From the human T2T-CHM13v2.0 reference genome, Homo sapiens: DNA of 64,000 bases. The DNA is taken from NCBI RefSeq assembly GCF_009914755.1, contig NC_060926.1, one strand, 5' to 3'. The position numbers and the translations under genes were made by a program. Below the pieces are notes generated by a model. The model did no database searches and was not told the DNA's origin. It saw nothing but the letters and a program-made list of their open reading frames with translations. Below are positions 12,822 through 26,934 of this stretch, piece after piece. Within the stretch, counting starts at the first letter, position 1, and each line of letters begins with the position of its first letter.

Positions 12822-15389
12822 AGGGATGTTATTTAATTGCCCTTTTAAATCCAATATATGAAGCATAGGCGAGAAATCATGAAATATAGATAAAGGCTGT
12901 TATAAGGCATCAAATGCTGAAATCAGGTCATAGAGCATCAGCTTTAGCATAGAAAGATAGAAAGAATGTATTGAGATTTTTTTCTTTTTAATATTAGAAT
13001 TAATGCAAAATAATGCACAAAATATAAGTATATAACTCAAAGAATTAGCATCATCTAAAGAAATTACTAGTGTCCACAAACCCATTCTCTCCCAGAACTT
13101 CATGAAGGGGAGGAACTGGGAGTTGTGATATTTTAGTAATTAAAATGTCTTCAGGTTCAGATTTGAACACCTGCAGATTTAAATAGAAAGGTAATAGTAA
13201 GCTAAGAAATGAAGTACTATCTTTGTAAGTAACATTCCTTAAATGACATTCATCTTAATGTTTTTAATTCCCTGTCATAAAATAGAAAAGAGAGTGCCAA
13301 TTAAGGGCTATTTGCTAGGTTCACTATCCTGTGCCCTGTATGGTGACAGACTGTCTTTCTATATTTAAAAAACTAAGCAAACTGTTATAAGAACCCACAG
13401 ATTTTAATAGTATTGGTACAGATCAAGTGAATAATATATTTAGATTAATAAACATAACACACAATGGAGAAGAACACAACCTGAAATTTTGTTTCAAAGA
13501 GTCAAGCTGCAAATGTTGATAAAATAAATTAAATTTCAACTTATGTGACATTTTTCAAAATCAAGCAACAATAAAGCATTTAAATGTCAGCACAATTTTT
13601 GTACTCAGTTAAATCTTTTTCAAACTAAATCATATTTCTTTACTTCCATTTTAAATATCAGTTAATTAATATGTTCTTAGTGGAATTCAGAGTAAAATAA
13701 ATTTGGGAACTCACACAATGAATGTGTAGATAAGTAACTTGGAAAAAAAAATCAATAAAATTCTTTGTTACAATGTTACCACATTAAATTTATAGCAGCT
13801 GGTTAAACAATACACACCCTCCTCCATACTTCTAAATTTTGCTCCAGGATCTTTTTTATAGACTGTATTATTTCATGGTAGAATTGTAAAGAGTCAGTTA
13901 AAATAATTTTTCTGAACATTCAGTGCACCTTCAAGAAAAGTTCTATTTTGAAGAGTTCTCCAAATAATAGCTTACTTAAATATCTCAGAAATAGTTTTTC
14001 TTTAGGGCACATGTAGGTTTTCACCATGGGTAATTCTAAAATAGAATGTTTTTACCCAGAAAGGGAGCTTCCCACAGGGAATGTTAACCTTTTAAAGATA
14101 TAATCAAGATCTAACTTTATATAGGAGAATCACAAGCTTTGACATCTATTTTAAATTATTTCCTTTTCCATCTATCCTACTTCCTCAAAAATTATTTTTG
14201 TTTTAGTGCTAGTTTATCTTATTGGTCATAGGTTTTTTATGTTTTCAAATATTAAAATACATACTATTATTTTATGGCCGTGGAGTGTATTAGCAGACCA
14301 CATAATAAAACCTGCCACTGTTCATAAGAAGCAATTCTGAAAAGATGTCACTTGCTACACCTTACAGGGTCCTCTCTAAATAGACAAAAAGAGAAAAAGA
14401 TACTAAACTTTCACCTCCTGCAAAACTTGTGTTTTTTCTGACCTGCCAGTTTAGTAATTCTATTATTAACTGTGTGTTCTGATGTGTAAAGAAGAATCAA
14501 ATCATGGTTCATCTCTAGCAGTTGTACAACCGTATATATATCATTTCTGTTTTCTAAAATCACAATTGATTATTATTATTATTTACTTGTATTAATATTC
14601 TAATTTTATATTTAGTCTCACTCAAATTGTTATAAATATTTTGTTCATATATATTAAAATCACATATAACTATTTTCTCATGTGAAACTTGCATGATCAA
14701 TAGAGGGTAAAGAACAAAAACAGTAGAAAAATGAATAATCCCATTACCTAAAGCAAGAATATACCAAGTACTGTAGCTAAATTATATGTGTTTCTAAATC
14801 TAGTTCTAGTCCCCTGGATGGGCCTATAAATGCATACATAATTATATACATTGTATATGTTGCTTGCAAATTCTATGTTCTATGAATTGGCTGTAGATAC
14901 ATATATAATTATATATAGCATATATATTCAAAAATATATGGAAAAAATTGCTTTTGCAAATGATATAATACTGTATTTAAAATATCTTTTATTTTATTTT
15001 TAAAAAATGAGCATTTGAAATAAATGCTTTATGGCAAGACTATAAATCACTTAATTTACTATAGAAGTAAATTAATTTACATAAACATTTCTCAATTGCT
15101 CGATAGAACTTATACAACAAGTTTTTCTGTACATAGATAATTGAACACATGTTTTATAACTTTCTAGATGTAGAATTTCTGAGTCAAAATATGTACAAAA
15201 TTCTAAAGCATGTGATGTGCCCTGGGAATAAAGAAAAGTGAGCATGTAGCAAAGATTCTTAGTTTGAAGATGGATAAATCAAAGATGATGCTGAGATTTC
15301 TGGCTTATGCAATTTAATTATCAATATGATTGTCATTGATTAAATAATATATAATACTCTAATCTCTTTATCATTGAACAACTTATACC

Positions 15390-15785
15390 ATAATTTAGTT
15401 TGAATATGTGTTCCCTCCAAATCTCATGTTGAATTGTAATCTCCAATGCTGGAGATGGCGCGTGGTGCGAGGTGTTTGGATCATGGGGGCCGATCCTTCG
15501 TGACTCAGTGCCGGCTTCATGACAGTGAGTTCTCATGAGAGCTGGTTGTTTAAAAGTGTGTGCACCTCCTCACCCATTCTCTCTCTCCTCTGCCTCTGCC
15601 ACTTGATGTGCCTGCTCCAACTTCACCTTCCACCATGAGTAAATGCTCCCTGAGACTTACCCCAAAGCTGAGCAGATGCTGGTGCCATTCTCGCATAATC
15701 TACAGAACTGTGAGCCAATGCAATCACTTTTCTTTACCCAGTCTCAGGTATTTCTTTATAGCAAATGCAAGAAAAGCCCAATACA
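15390..15785 (+). mobile_element. MSTA/MSTB solo LTR (ERVL-MaLR)
   Basis: ccaaatctcatgttgaattgtaatc...gctgagcagatgctggtgcca...acccagtctcaggtatttctttatagca...aataca. Confidence 0.9.
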
Positions 15786-17575
15786 CCCCCTTATTATTCA
15801 ATCTGACACAAATACAGAGAAATTTAATTATACTTAAAATATTATTAAATTATCTGTAAAATGACCTGTAAATAGATGAAGCAGTACATATTTTTCTATA
15901 CAAACTCAGAGTAGATCTATAAAAAGACATATTAACAAATGAAAATATGTGCAACCTCATTAATTTTTAAAAGAATTAATAAAAAATTACTATAGTGTTT
16001 TCATGTATCCAAAGGACAAATGTAGCATTCTTCATAAATGGAGTAAAACAAGGATCTGGGTCAAGTCATTTCAAACTCTTTGTTGTCATGGAAATGAATG
16101 AGGGCTCTTTGGGGAGTATTAAGACAATAACTTTAACAGTGCACATTTTCTTTGACAAAACAATAATACGTCTAGTGATACGTCCGAAACACAGATTACA
16201 TGTAACTATAAAGTTATGAACCGATAAGATACATGCGTGTTCGTTTTTTGTATTTTCCTATTTTCTGTACCAATTTGTCATTATCCTCATGCCCTAAATC
16301 CAGCTACTTCACACTAACCAAGAAAAGTTGTATGATTTTATTGAGTAATTCATGGAGCCACTAATGAGGATAACTTGAGAAAGAGTTTAAGAATATTTCA
16401 ATACACTGCTTTATTCCACATTTTCCCCATGTGAGAGAGAAAGGAATTGCCACTTTTCTCAAGCCAAGTGATGGGCCTTCAATAAACTTCCGAGATTGCT
16501 TGATGTGCTTAACCTGCGGTTTAAAAAATATTCAGCATTCAGTGTCTCACTCTCATCTGAAAAGAAAGATGCTGGCATTGCAGCTGCCCCTGCCTATGGG
16601 ATGGCACAAGCACAGAGGTATACTGAGGCTGTAGTTGCAGAAGTATGCAAGTTTCCCATGGAAAAGATATTGACTCCATAATAACTACTTCTGGAATTCT
16701 GAGATGCCATTTACAAAGGGCTGTGCTGCTGGAACTCAAACGGGAAGGAAGATTTTTCAGTTGCCATTTGAAGATTGCATTGCCCATGGCAAATATACTG
16801 TAGATGAAAGATCCTCAGCAACTTGAGGTGAAGGACTAGTTAAGGAACTCAAACATGCTAATAGGAGGGAAAGAATAAATAATGGATTCTGTCACATCCA
16901 GAAGCCAACAGCATTAGATTAAAATCTTACCAGCCGAAATTCTTGCAAGTTATTTCTACCTGTCAAATGAGATATTTCTGACGCTTTCTCTTTCCTCCAT
17001 TACTTGATACTCCAGACCTACAAGGGCCCCAAACCGCAGTTACGGAATGGAAAAATAAGAACAAGAAAGACAGACAAGCTTATCTTATTATCTACTTCAC
17101 TGCAGATTTCACAGTCGGGGCAGGCCCAAATTGGAGAGGATAAACAAATGAAAACTCATTACTTTGATATGACATTTATTATTATTCAATCTTACCATAA
17201 ATGATTGAAAAACATTTTATTAATTGAGCCTGACTGAGAAACTGAAGGACTTGCACAAGCGTTTACATAGTATGGAGAAGATATGAGCTCACAGAGCACA
17301 CTTAAAGGCACAGTCCTGAAAACAGACGAAAATAAGTTTACCTAGTAAACTGTATTAAAATTTTACAAAGATTTTCATTGCAGCCTTGTTAATATTAATA
17401 AAACTTAGATTAAAACCTTGTTTCAACTAGAAAACTGGTTAAAGAAAGTATAAACAGCTTTAAAATGCAATACTGTAAATCTTTCAAAAAAAGATGGTAG
17501 GTTTCACTTGTAATAATAGGTATGACTCAAAGGACAGTGTTAAATGCAGGAAGCTACAGACATAACTTAAGAGCA

Positions 17576-18607
17576 CAGTAGACCCTTAAACAATGTGGAG
17601 GTTAGAGGTGCTAACACCCCTCACAGTTGAAAATCCACATATATCTTTTAACTCCACAAAAATAAACTATGAATAGCCTACTCTTGAACCTTACCAATAA
17701 CACAAACAGTTGATTAGCACATACTTTGTATATGTATTATATACTGTATTGTTACTATAAAGTAAGAGACAAGGTTATTAAGAAAATTATAAGGAAGTGA
17801 AAATATACTTACAGTACTGAACTGTATGTATCGATACTGTAAGTATATGTCATCTGTTTACAAAATAAACCTCTTCCTGAAAAGGCAGGCAACTGCAGCT
17901 GCAGACCTCAGTCCTCTGTACGTATCAAGCAATTCAGTTTTCTCCTGTAATATCATGGTTTTTCTCTGCTTCCTGGGAGCACTTCCAGCATCACTAGTGG
18001 CACTTCGTATGGGATCCATGATGCTATTCAAAGTTTACAAGAGTTTGCAACATTGAACTAAACACAAGGAAAGATACTCAAGAACTGCAAGATCATTTAC
18101 TGCAATATGCAATTTACTGAAGACACCACTGGTCACACAATGCTTAGCATAGCATGGCATTGTAAATAGATTCTCACATTTGAAATCCCCACAATAGCAA
18201 CAGGAAGTGGCTGTAAAATTATTACAGCAGTGCAGTTTGTACTAGAGTTAATTTATGCAGTTAGAATTTAATATTGCTTATTTACATTTATTTCTCTACT
18301 GCAGTTACTTCGTTACTGCAAATGGCACCAACAAACACTGCAAGTGTTTGTGTCCATGTTTTGATACATTTTAACTTCTTATAAATTTGTGTATCTTATG
18401 GTAATAAATGATAAAATAGACTAATATCTACAAATATTTTTTGATTTATGGTATACCTCTTTTTTTAATATTCTAGGCTACATGATTTGCAAGTTTTTTG
18501 AAACTGTAACAAATTTCTGATAAATTTTCCAGTATATTTATTGAAAAAAACATCTGCAAATAAGTGGATATAGGCAGTTCAAATCCTTGTTGTTTGTGAG
18601 TCAACTG
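17576..18607. mobile_element. Tigger2-derived non-autonomous element (Tigger2b-like) with TIRs
   Basis: Left TIR cagtagacccttaaacaa, right TIR ttgtttgtgagtcaactg followed by TA; Tigger2 internal motifs (cctgggagcacttccagcatcactagtggcac). Confidence 0.85.
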
Positions 18608-18714
18608 TATAGTTAATTACATGTTCTTCATTCCATAATTTTTTTTTTAAACTAGGTGTTTTTGAAACTCCATATACAAACTAATTTCCTCGGATGTTAG
18701 CTTATTTTCTTCTT

Positions 18715-19070
18715 CATCAGGTGAATTTATTTAATGTTGCATTAATAAAAGACTCCTACAACTTAGTTGCTTTTAACAACAGTGTTTTATTTTTTTGTTC
18801 CTCTTACATATCCTTATGGGTCACCTTAAGTTCTTCTCTTCATTCAGTGATCAAGGTTGAAGAAGCAAATCTACCCTGGGGAAAGATAGCCCCATGACGA
18901 GTAACAGCCATGGTGAAAAAGAGATAACAAGAACTTCAGAACTGCCAGGCATATGTCATTCTTGCTCAAGTTTAATTGTCCAGAAGTCACAAGGCCAACC
19001 CTGATGTTCCCAGGGCAATGAAATACAATTCTCTAATGGGGAGGTGAAGAAAATAACTAGGACCAACTCT
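18715..19070 (-). mobile_element. Old MLT1 (I/J/K-like) LTR
   Basis: cttagttgcttttaacaac...gtttaattgtccagaagtcacaaggccaaccctga...gaaatacaattctc. Confidence 0.55.
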
Positions 19071-19544
19071 GTCAAATGATTAAGAATATTTTTAAATTTT
19101 ATTAAGTGCTATAAAACAATGTCTAATTTTAGGGAAGCATTTTTTTGTTGCAACACAGCAAAACCTAATTTTTAACTGAAAATATCTGCAAATATACAGT
19201 AGAGTTGAGAGAATTTAACTATGAAAATCCAGATACCTAACATCTAGACTCTACCACCAAGATTTTACTTTAAAGCTTGATTTTGGGGTGGGGGTGGTTA
19301 TTCCTTGAGGTCTAGAAATTCCTTTCTCATATATTGGGAATAACAGAGCAAGTATTATTATGCTCATTTTATACAAAAGGAAGTTGAGTTTTGGAGGCAT
19401 TTACTGGGTCTACTTACTAGTTTAATGCCTTACTAGGTCAGGTTTTCTGAACTTGGCCGTACATGATTTTGCTTAAGAAACTTTAAATATGCTGATGCTT
19501 GAATTCTACCTGAAGAGTTTTTAAAATTTATCACTACTAGTGAT

Positions 19545-20318
19545 TTTAGATTCCGCAAATAAGTGAGATCATGCAATATTTGTCGTTCTGTATATGGATA
19601 ATTTCACTTAGTATAATGTCCGCTAGCACTATCCATGTTGTCACAAATGGTAGTTTTCTTTTTTAAAGGGTGAATAATATTTCACTATATGTATGCATGT
19701 AATATACAATTGTGGCATATAATTCCACTGAATGTGCGCATTTCTGTGTTTGTGTGTATATATATGTGTGTGTATGTGTATATATATTATACATACACAC
19801 ACATATATTTTCTGTATCCATTCATCTGTCAGTGGACATTGAGGTTGTTTTAATATCTCAGCCATTGCAGATAATGTGACAATAAATATGGGAGCGCAGA
19901 TATTCCCCTTGAATATCTACCTAGAAGTGGTATTGCTGGATCATACGGTAGTCCTATTTTAAATTATTTTCTGTTTTCCATAATGGCTGTACCAACTTAC
20001 ATTTCCACTAACTATGTACAAAGGTTTCCTTTTCTCCACATCCTCACCAACACTTGTTTATCTTTTGTCTTCTTGATGATAGCCATTCTAACATGTGTGA
20101 GGTGATATCTCATTTTCAACTTACATTTCCCTAATTATTAATGATCTTGAACATTTTTAATATCCTTATTGGCCATTTTCATGTCTTTTTTTAAGAAATG
20201 TCTCTTTAGGTCCTTTACCTATTTTTTAATTGGGTTATTTGGTCTTTTGTTACTGAATTGTATGCATTTCATATATATTTTGGATGTCAACCCATTATCA
20301 TATATACGGTTTCCAACT
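19545..20318 (-). mobile_element. L1MA/MB 3' region
   Basis: ttttagattccgcaaataagtgagatcatgcaatatttgtc...gatagccattctaacatgtgtgaggtgatatctcatt. Confidence 0.85.
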
Positions 20319-20617
20319 GTTTATATATGCACTACCAATCTTTCATTTCTCTCCTGAAGGAGAAGCCCTGGTATAGGAGGTTTCCTCCTGGATGCATGTG
20401 CTATGCCACTTAGAAGATGGGCAAAGATAGATGCACAAAAGATTGAATTTTCCTTTTGCTGGGATCTTTCCTTGGCTTTAATTTGGCCGGGCCACTGTAG
20501 CTCTCAGCTGGTCTCTCAGAGGTATTTTAGTCTGGATAATGCTGTTAACTTGATGTCTTCTGGGGGGAGATAAGGTCTGGAGCTTCCTAGTTTTCCATCT
20601 TGCTTATGTCACCTCTG
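20319..20617 (-). mobile_element. L1M 5' terminus fragment
   Basis: Ends ggtctggagcttcctagttttccatcttgcttatgtcacc, the antisense of an L1M start (gtgacataagcaagatgg, YY1-like). Confidence 0.6.
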
Positions 20618-20662
20618 AGAACTTTGGGAGATATATATCATCCTCAGAAACCATACATTGAA

Positions 20663-21073
20663 GTTGTTGATATAATGTGCCACCCAGCTCCTCTTTTTAG
20701 AACTCAGTCATTCATTCTTCAGGAGTCTTGGCAACTGATAGGTCAGAGTGGAGTCTCTTCCTGAGAATTGCCTTTGCCCTTAAAGAACTGCTTTGCCCAA
20801 GTTTACGGATTCATCAGCAGCAGCCCACCTCCAGTGACTAGTCTACATAGTGCTTCTAAGATTCCTTGATGCCTCACTGGGCAATGATTCTGAAGGGTTT
20901 TGCCAGTTTCAGAGCGCCTGATGGAACCAGCTGAAGGTGATTAGTTCTTTTTTTTTTTCTAAGTTCTGCTTCCCTTGCTCTCTAACAGATGTTATTCCTG
21001 ACAACACTGCTCAATACCCTTCTAGTCTGCAAATTCCTTTTTCAGTTTTTCCTAGGGAATCTGAATGAAGACA
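20663..21073 (+). mobile_element. LTR16C-like ERVL solo LTR
   Basis: gaattgcctttgccc, cagcccacctccagtgactagtc, ctgaaggg, aacagatgttattcctga...gggaatctgaatgaagaca. Confidence 0.75.
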
Positions 21074-21719
21074 TTCAGTTACATTTCTGTCTCTATTGAA
21101 ATATCTCTATCTTGTTTTCTGTGAATCTGAAAACTCCACTGAATCATTATATTCTGCATGTGTGTGTACATATGTTTGTATGTTTACATGTGTGTACATG
21201 GTGGGTATTGCCCTTCCTACTCTACACAGGAATGCCTTTTACCTCTGATCAATCTAAGGATGTTGTTGCAAGAGGATGTTGCCACATTATTTATACCCTA
21301 ACTCTTTCTTAATGTACTGACTCTCACTAAGGTATGAAAGAAGACCTTCAAAATACCCTTAATCACATCAATTTTTGTACTTTTTTCCTGCTAATTTCTA
21401 GTTGCTCAAATGGGATTTTTTTCTCACTTATGAAATCTATTAAAGTCTTAAAAATGCAAATCACTGATGCTTTGATAAACAGTACATGTGGTTGAAAGTA
21501 TAAAGTTGAGTAGATTAAGCAAAGTTTGAGATAAATTATATACCATTCTATCACACATTTGACAGAAACTCTATGTTTTATCATGTCTTATCAAAGAGGA
21601 AACAAATGGAAGGATGCATAAATGTCATCCCTTTTTATACTCTTTCAGATTATATGATATTTGAATAGTTTTCATGTTTCTCTAAGAAGAAGCCTTTAAA
21701 TAATGGATATATAACTTAT

Positions 21720-23912
21720 TGATATGATTTGGCTCTTTGTTCCCACACAAATCTCACCTCAAACTGTAATCTCTTGAACTGTGTCCAGGTGTCCAGGGAG
21801 GGACCTGGTGGAAGGTGATTGGACCATGGAGGCACTTTCCCCCATGGTGTTCTCATGACAGTGAGTGAGTTGTCATGAGATCTGGTTGTTTGATAAGTGT
21901 CCGGTGCTTCCCCCCTTTTTCTCCCCCTTTTTCCTGCTGCCTTGTGAAGGAGGTACTTGCTTCTCCTTCACCTTCCACCATGATTGTGAGTTTTCTGTGG
22001 CCTCCCCAGCCATGCAGAACTGTGAGTCAGTTAAACCTCTTTTATTTATAATTTACCCAGTCTTGGGTAGTTCTTTATAGCAGTGTGAAAATGGACTAAT
22101 ACAGGAAATTGGTACCTGTAGAGTGGGGTACTGCTATAAAAATAACCTGAAAATGTGGAAGCGACTTTGGAACTGGTTAATGGGCAGAGACTGGAACGGT
22201 TTAGAGGGTTCATAAGAAGACAGGAAGATGTAGGAAAGTTTGGAACTTCCCAGAGACTTGTTGAATGGTTTTGACCAAAATGATAATAGTGATATGGACC
22301 ATGGAGTCCAGGCTGAGGTAGTCTCAAATGGAGATGAGAAACTTACTGGGAACTGTAGCAAAGGTTACTCTTGCTATTGTTTAGCAAAGAGACTGGTGGC
22401 ATTTTGCCCCTGACTTAGAGATCTGTGGAACTTTGAACTCGAGAGAAATGATTTAGGATATCTGGTGGAAGAAATTTCTAATCAGCAAAGTGTTCTAAAG
22501 AGATGACAGAGCATAAAAGTTTGGAAAATTTGCAGCATGCCCAAGTGGAAAAGAAAAACCCATTTTCTGGGGAGAAATTCAAGCCAGCTGTGGAAATTTG
22601 CCTAAGTAATAAGGAGTCAATGTTAATCACCAAGACAATGGGAAAAATGTCTCCAGATCATGTCAGAGATCTTTGTGGCAGCCCCTCCCATCACAAGCCT
22701 AGAAGCCTAGAAGTTAAAAATGGTTTTGTGGGCCAGGGACAGGTCCCTGCTGCTCTGTGCTCCTCAGGATTGGTACCCTGCATCCCATCTGCTTCAGCTC
22801 CAGCCATGGTTAAAAGGGGCCAAGGTACAACTCAGGCCATTGCTTCACAGGTTGCCAGCCCCAAGCCTTGATGGTTTCCTTGTAGGTGTTGGGCCTGCAG
22901 GTGCACAAGAGTTGAGCTTTGGGAACCTCCACCTAGATTTCAGAGGATGCACGGAAACGCCTGGATGTCCAGGCAAAAGTCTGCTTCAGGGGCAGAGACC
23001 ACATGGAGAACCTCTGCTAGAGCAGTGCAAAGGAGGAATGTGGGGTTGGAACCCCCACACAGAGTTCCCACTGGAGCACTGCCTAGTGGAGCTGTGAGAA
23101 GAAGGTCATTGTTTTCCAGAACCCAGAATGCTGATCCACTGACAGCTTGCACCATGTGCCTGGAAAAGCCACAGGCACTCAATGAAAGTCCCTGAGAACT
23201 GGCCACGGCCATAGGAGCCCACCCCTTTTATCAGCATGCCTTGGATGTGAAACATGAACTCAAGCCCAACCGGGTTTTAGGCTTGGATGGGGCTTGTTGC
23301 CCCTTTGTTTTGGGCGATTTCTCCCATTTGGAAAGGAAACATTTACACAGTTTGCACAGTGCTGTACCCCCACTGTATCCTGGAAGTTAACTAACTTGCT
23401 TTTGATTTTACTGGCTCGTAAGTGGGAGAAACTTATCTTGTCTCAGATGAGACTTTGGACCTGAACTTTTGGGTTAATGATGGAATAAGTTAAGACTCTG
23501 AGGTACTGTTGGGAAGGTATGATTGGCTTTGAAGTGTGAAAAGGGCTTGAGATTTGGTAGGGGCCAGAGGAGGAATAATATTGTTTGGCTCCTTGTCCAC
23601 ACCCAAATTTCATCTCAAATTATAATCCCTATGTTTTAGGGACAGACCTGGTAGGAGGTGATTGGATCATGGGGGCAGTTTCCCCCATTCTGTTCTCAAG
23701 ATAGTTCTCATGAGATCTGGTGATAAGTGTCTGGCACTTCCCCCTTCTCTCTCTTTTTCTTGCCGTTTTGTGAAGAAAGTACTTGCTTCCCCATGATTTT
23801 ACGTTTCCTAAGGCCCAGATATGCAGAACTGTGAGTCAATTAAAACTTTTTTCTTTATAAATTTCCCTGTCTTGGGCAGTTCTTTATAGCAGTGTGAAAA
23901 TGCACTAAGACA
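21720..23912 (+). mobile_element. Complete THE1D MaLR: LTR 21720-22103, internal 22104-23575, LTR 23576-23912
   Basis: Two homologous LTRs, THE1-int sequence (aattggtacc...gtgggg; purine tract ggggccagaggaggaa before the 3' LTR), perfect 5-bp TSD CTTAT at 21715-21719 and 23913-23917. Confidence 0.95.
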
Positions 23913-24889
23913 CTTATTAAGAATTCTCTCCATCACAGTATTCTGTTTCCTTATTTAACTACAAAATGACGAAATTTAGCTCCTAAAACCAGCCCCATGA
24001 GAATGACATTCACTTCTGCATGACAATTTTTAAGACTACAAACATATCAATTTGTTCAAAATTATGATGAACAAGAAACCAGGCAAAAATGCAAATTGGA
24101 ATTAGACTATCCATTTGAAATATACTTATTAATAATCTTAACACTGTATAGTTTTCAAGAATCCAATACTATAATTAAATTAGCACTCTTAATGCTTTTC
24201 ATATTTAAAGTCTAAAATTGCAAGCAATAACCATAAAATAAAGTAGTAAATAATGATAATAACCAATTACCACAGAAATTGAACAAAACATTGTAATAAT
24301 CACAGTTTTTTTATTGACAACAGCTTCTTTATGGCACTCCAAATGAGTGGATAATTCTACAAAGATTACTCTTATTATCAGCAAAACTTTTGGTTCCACC
24401 TATTAAATAAAACAAAGATTTTCTCTGCTTACATGAGAGAGCTACCTCATTGTTTACATTTTTAAAATTTCTGTGAACTAGTGCCCCCTCACATTTTGTG
24501 ACCTAAATTGTAGGTTATAGGAGATAAACTAATTGAAGACCACTTCAAAGAATTACATTTAAAGAGTTGAATGCATTACTAATGAAATAATTTTGACTGG
24601 TTATAATTACAAAAGAGTCATCATCCAATACAAACACCCCTCCACACACACACATACACACACACACATACACTTGCAAACACACATATATATTTCTTGT
24701 TTATTCCTTCTTATCTACCACCAATGTTACGCTATTGAATTCTGGAAATCCAAAACTCATGAAGATTATAAAACTTTCTAGAAGTGAGGGAAGTGTGGAA
24801 TAAAACTACTCGAATAGATGATTCAGATGATACTTGATTAATGGAAGGCTCTACATAATTTTTAATGAGCTACACTTACTTCTGTGATA

Positions 24890-25260
24890 CACTTATTTAT
24901 AAAGCAGCAATGTATCCTAGCGTATAAAGTACTACATTGTAAATGAACTACGGATACAGATAACATATAGTCAAATCTCACAATGATATAATTTTGAGTG
25001 AAAGAGGCTAGAGACAACACTATTAGACTCTAACGATATAAATTTTAAAAAATATATAGCAAATTGATGTGTTGCAGGCCCAGGCAATTTTTAACCTTCA
25101 TGAGGAAGAAAGAATGAAGTGATCTAGAAGGAGTATAGGGAGGACTTCTGTCTATTCTTATTTTTGGACCTGGATGGTATTTCTGGTAATTTTTTCTTGA
25201 TAAGTTTTAGCTGTATACTTAAGGTTTAGGCATCTTTTTCTTTTATATTTTTAAATATGT
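24890..25260 (+). mobile_element. L1ME 3' end fragment
   Basis: aatctcacaatgatataattttgagtgaaagaggctaga...ttttagctgtatacttaagg. Confidence 0.6.
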
Positions 25261-26934
25261 GTGTATGAATATATGTAGACTATGTGAAGAGATTTTGAAA
25301 TATATTCTCTAAAAATATCTTACTTTGTGACACCCAAGCAATTCAAAAACAGCAATACAACTATTATATTAGCCTCAAACATTCAATAAAATTCAACAGC
25401 ATATATTGTATAGGCTCCATATACTGAGGATGATATAACTTTAGAAATATATAGCAAAAAAAAATGTTTAAAATGCATTACATTTATCAGATAATTTTAT
25501 GATGAAAGGTATTTTAAATAAAAAAGCTGTAATTCCATTACAAAAATTAGATAAATTCCATTATTAAAATTAGAAAAACATTTTAACAAAAATTTCTACC
25601 TAAAAATTGAAAATAAAATTCAAAAAATTATGACACTTTATTTTGAAAGGTATACATGAAACAGTGTCCATTAACATACTATTTTATCCTTTGTGAACTA
25701 AATCTTGAAATTTTTAAATTATAAAATAAGTTTTACCATGTACAGAAATGCATACAACATGCTTATGGCAGCCTTTTTCATTGCAGTAAATATTGACGGC
25801 AAAATGAATTTACACAAATAGGGAAATGAACAAATTATTTAGTATTCCAGTTGGTAAAATGCATGAGTTGAATCTACAAGAAGGATTTAGGAGGATTTCC
25901 ACTGTGTGTTACTAAGTAAGGAGTAAAACAAGGTGGCAAGAGTATACATGAGACTTTTAAAAATTAATAAAAACGCTATGTGTCGTTTCAATTACATTGA
26001 TTCTATTTGAGTCTGTTGATGAATATATTGGGGCATATATTGGGCATAAATAGATGGCCAAGAAAATGTAGATTTCTATTTCATGATGGTTGGATTTTAG
26101 GTGAATTTTGTATTTTTGTTTTGATTTTATGTCTTATTCAATTTGTGTCAATGGAAATATGTTATTTATATAAATAATTTAATATTTTAAAAGGTATTGT
26201 TATTACAAAAATATTCAACTACAAATAAATAACAGATTTTAATGCATGAGATATTTAAAATATGTGAAAAATAAACAAATTCATCTTTGTAATTTCTACT
26301 TTTCTGATTTTCTGCTTTCTCCACATGTTTTAACTTTGTGGATTTTTCTCTTTTTATAGCTCAGTTATGCATTTAAAAAGTTTTTTTAAAGAATCCAATT
26401 TTCTTCTCAACATTTACTGTCCCATGTTTCCAGAAATAGGTGTAAATAAATTACATTTTTACTAAATATTTTGAGTTAACAGATTTAAAAATATATATCT
26501 TTTAGATTAATTTTATCTTCTTCTCATATAATTTGTTTGTGATAAAGCTCCAATAAAACCCTACTATCATTTTGCATTTAAAGAACTTTGGGATTAGGCA
26601 GATTAAATAAAACACTTTTCCTCCTTTTTTCCCCCCTAATAAACTTTTTGAATTTTGTCCGCAAAGCCACAAACAAATCAAATGTCACTTCTACATTGGC
26701 ATAATTAATGATAAACCTTTTAATGGGGGTCTTTTGAGGTTGGAAGAGCTTACATCTTACCCAGCTGACTGATTACTTTTATGCCACTCTCTATCTGTAA
26801 TTTCTGGGGCAACATAGGACTGAAACCAATGGTAAAAGGATATTTCCATCTACAATTCTAACAAGTTTGATTTTACTCTTATATCTATCATATATTGATT
26901 GTACAATTTTTTCATGATGACAAATCATCTGTAT

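Noticed and set aside
22046-23212. ORFs of 75-125 aa
   Set aside because: Fragments of the decayed THE1 internal sequence, not a host gene.
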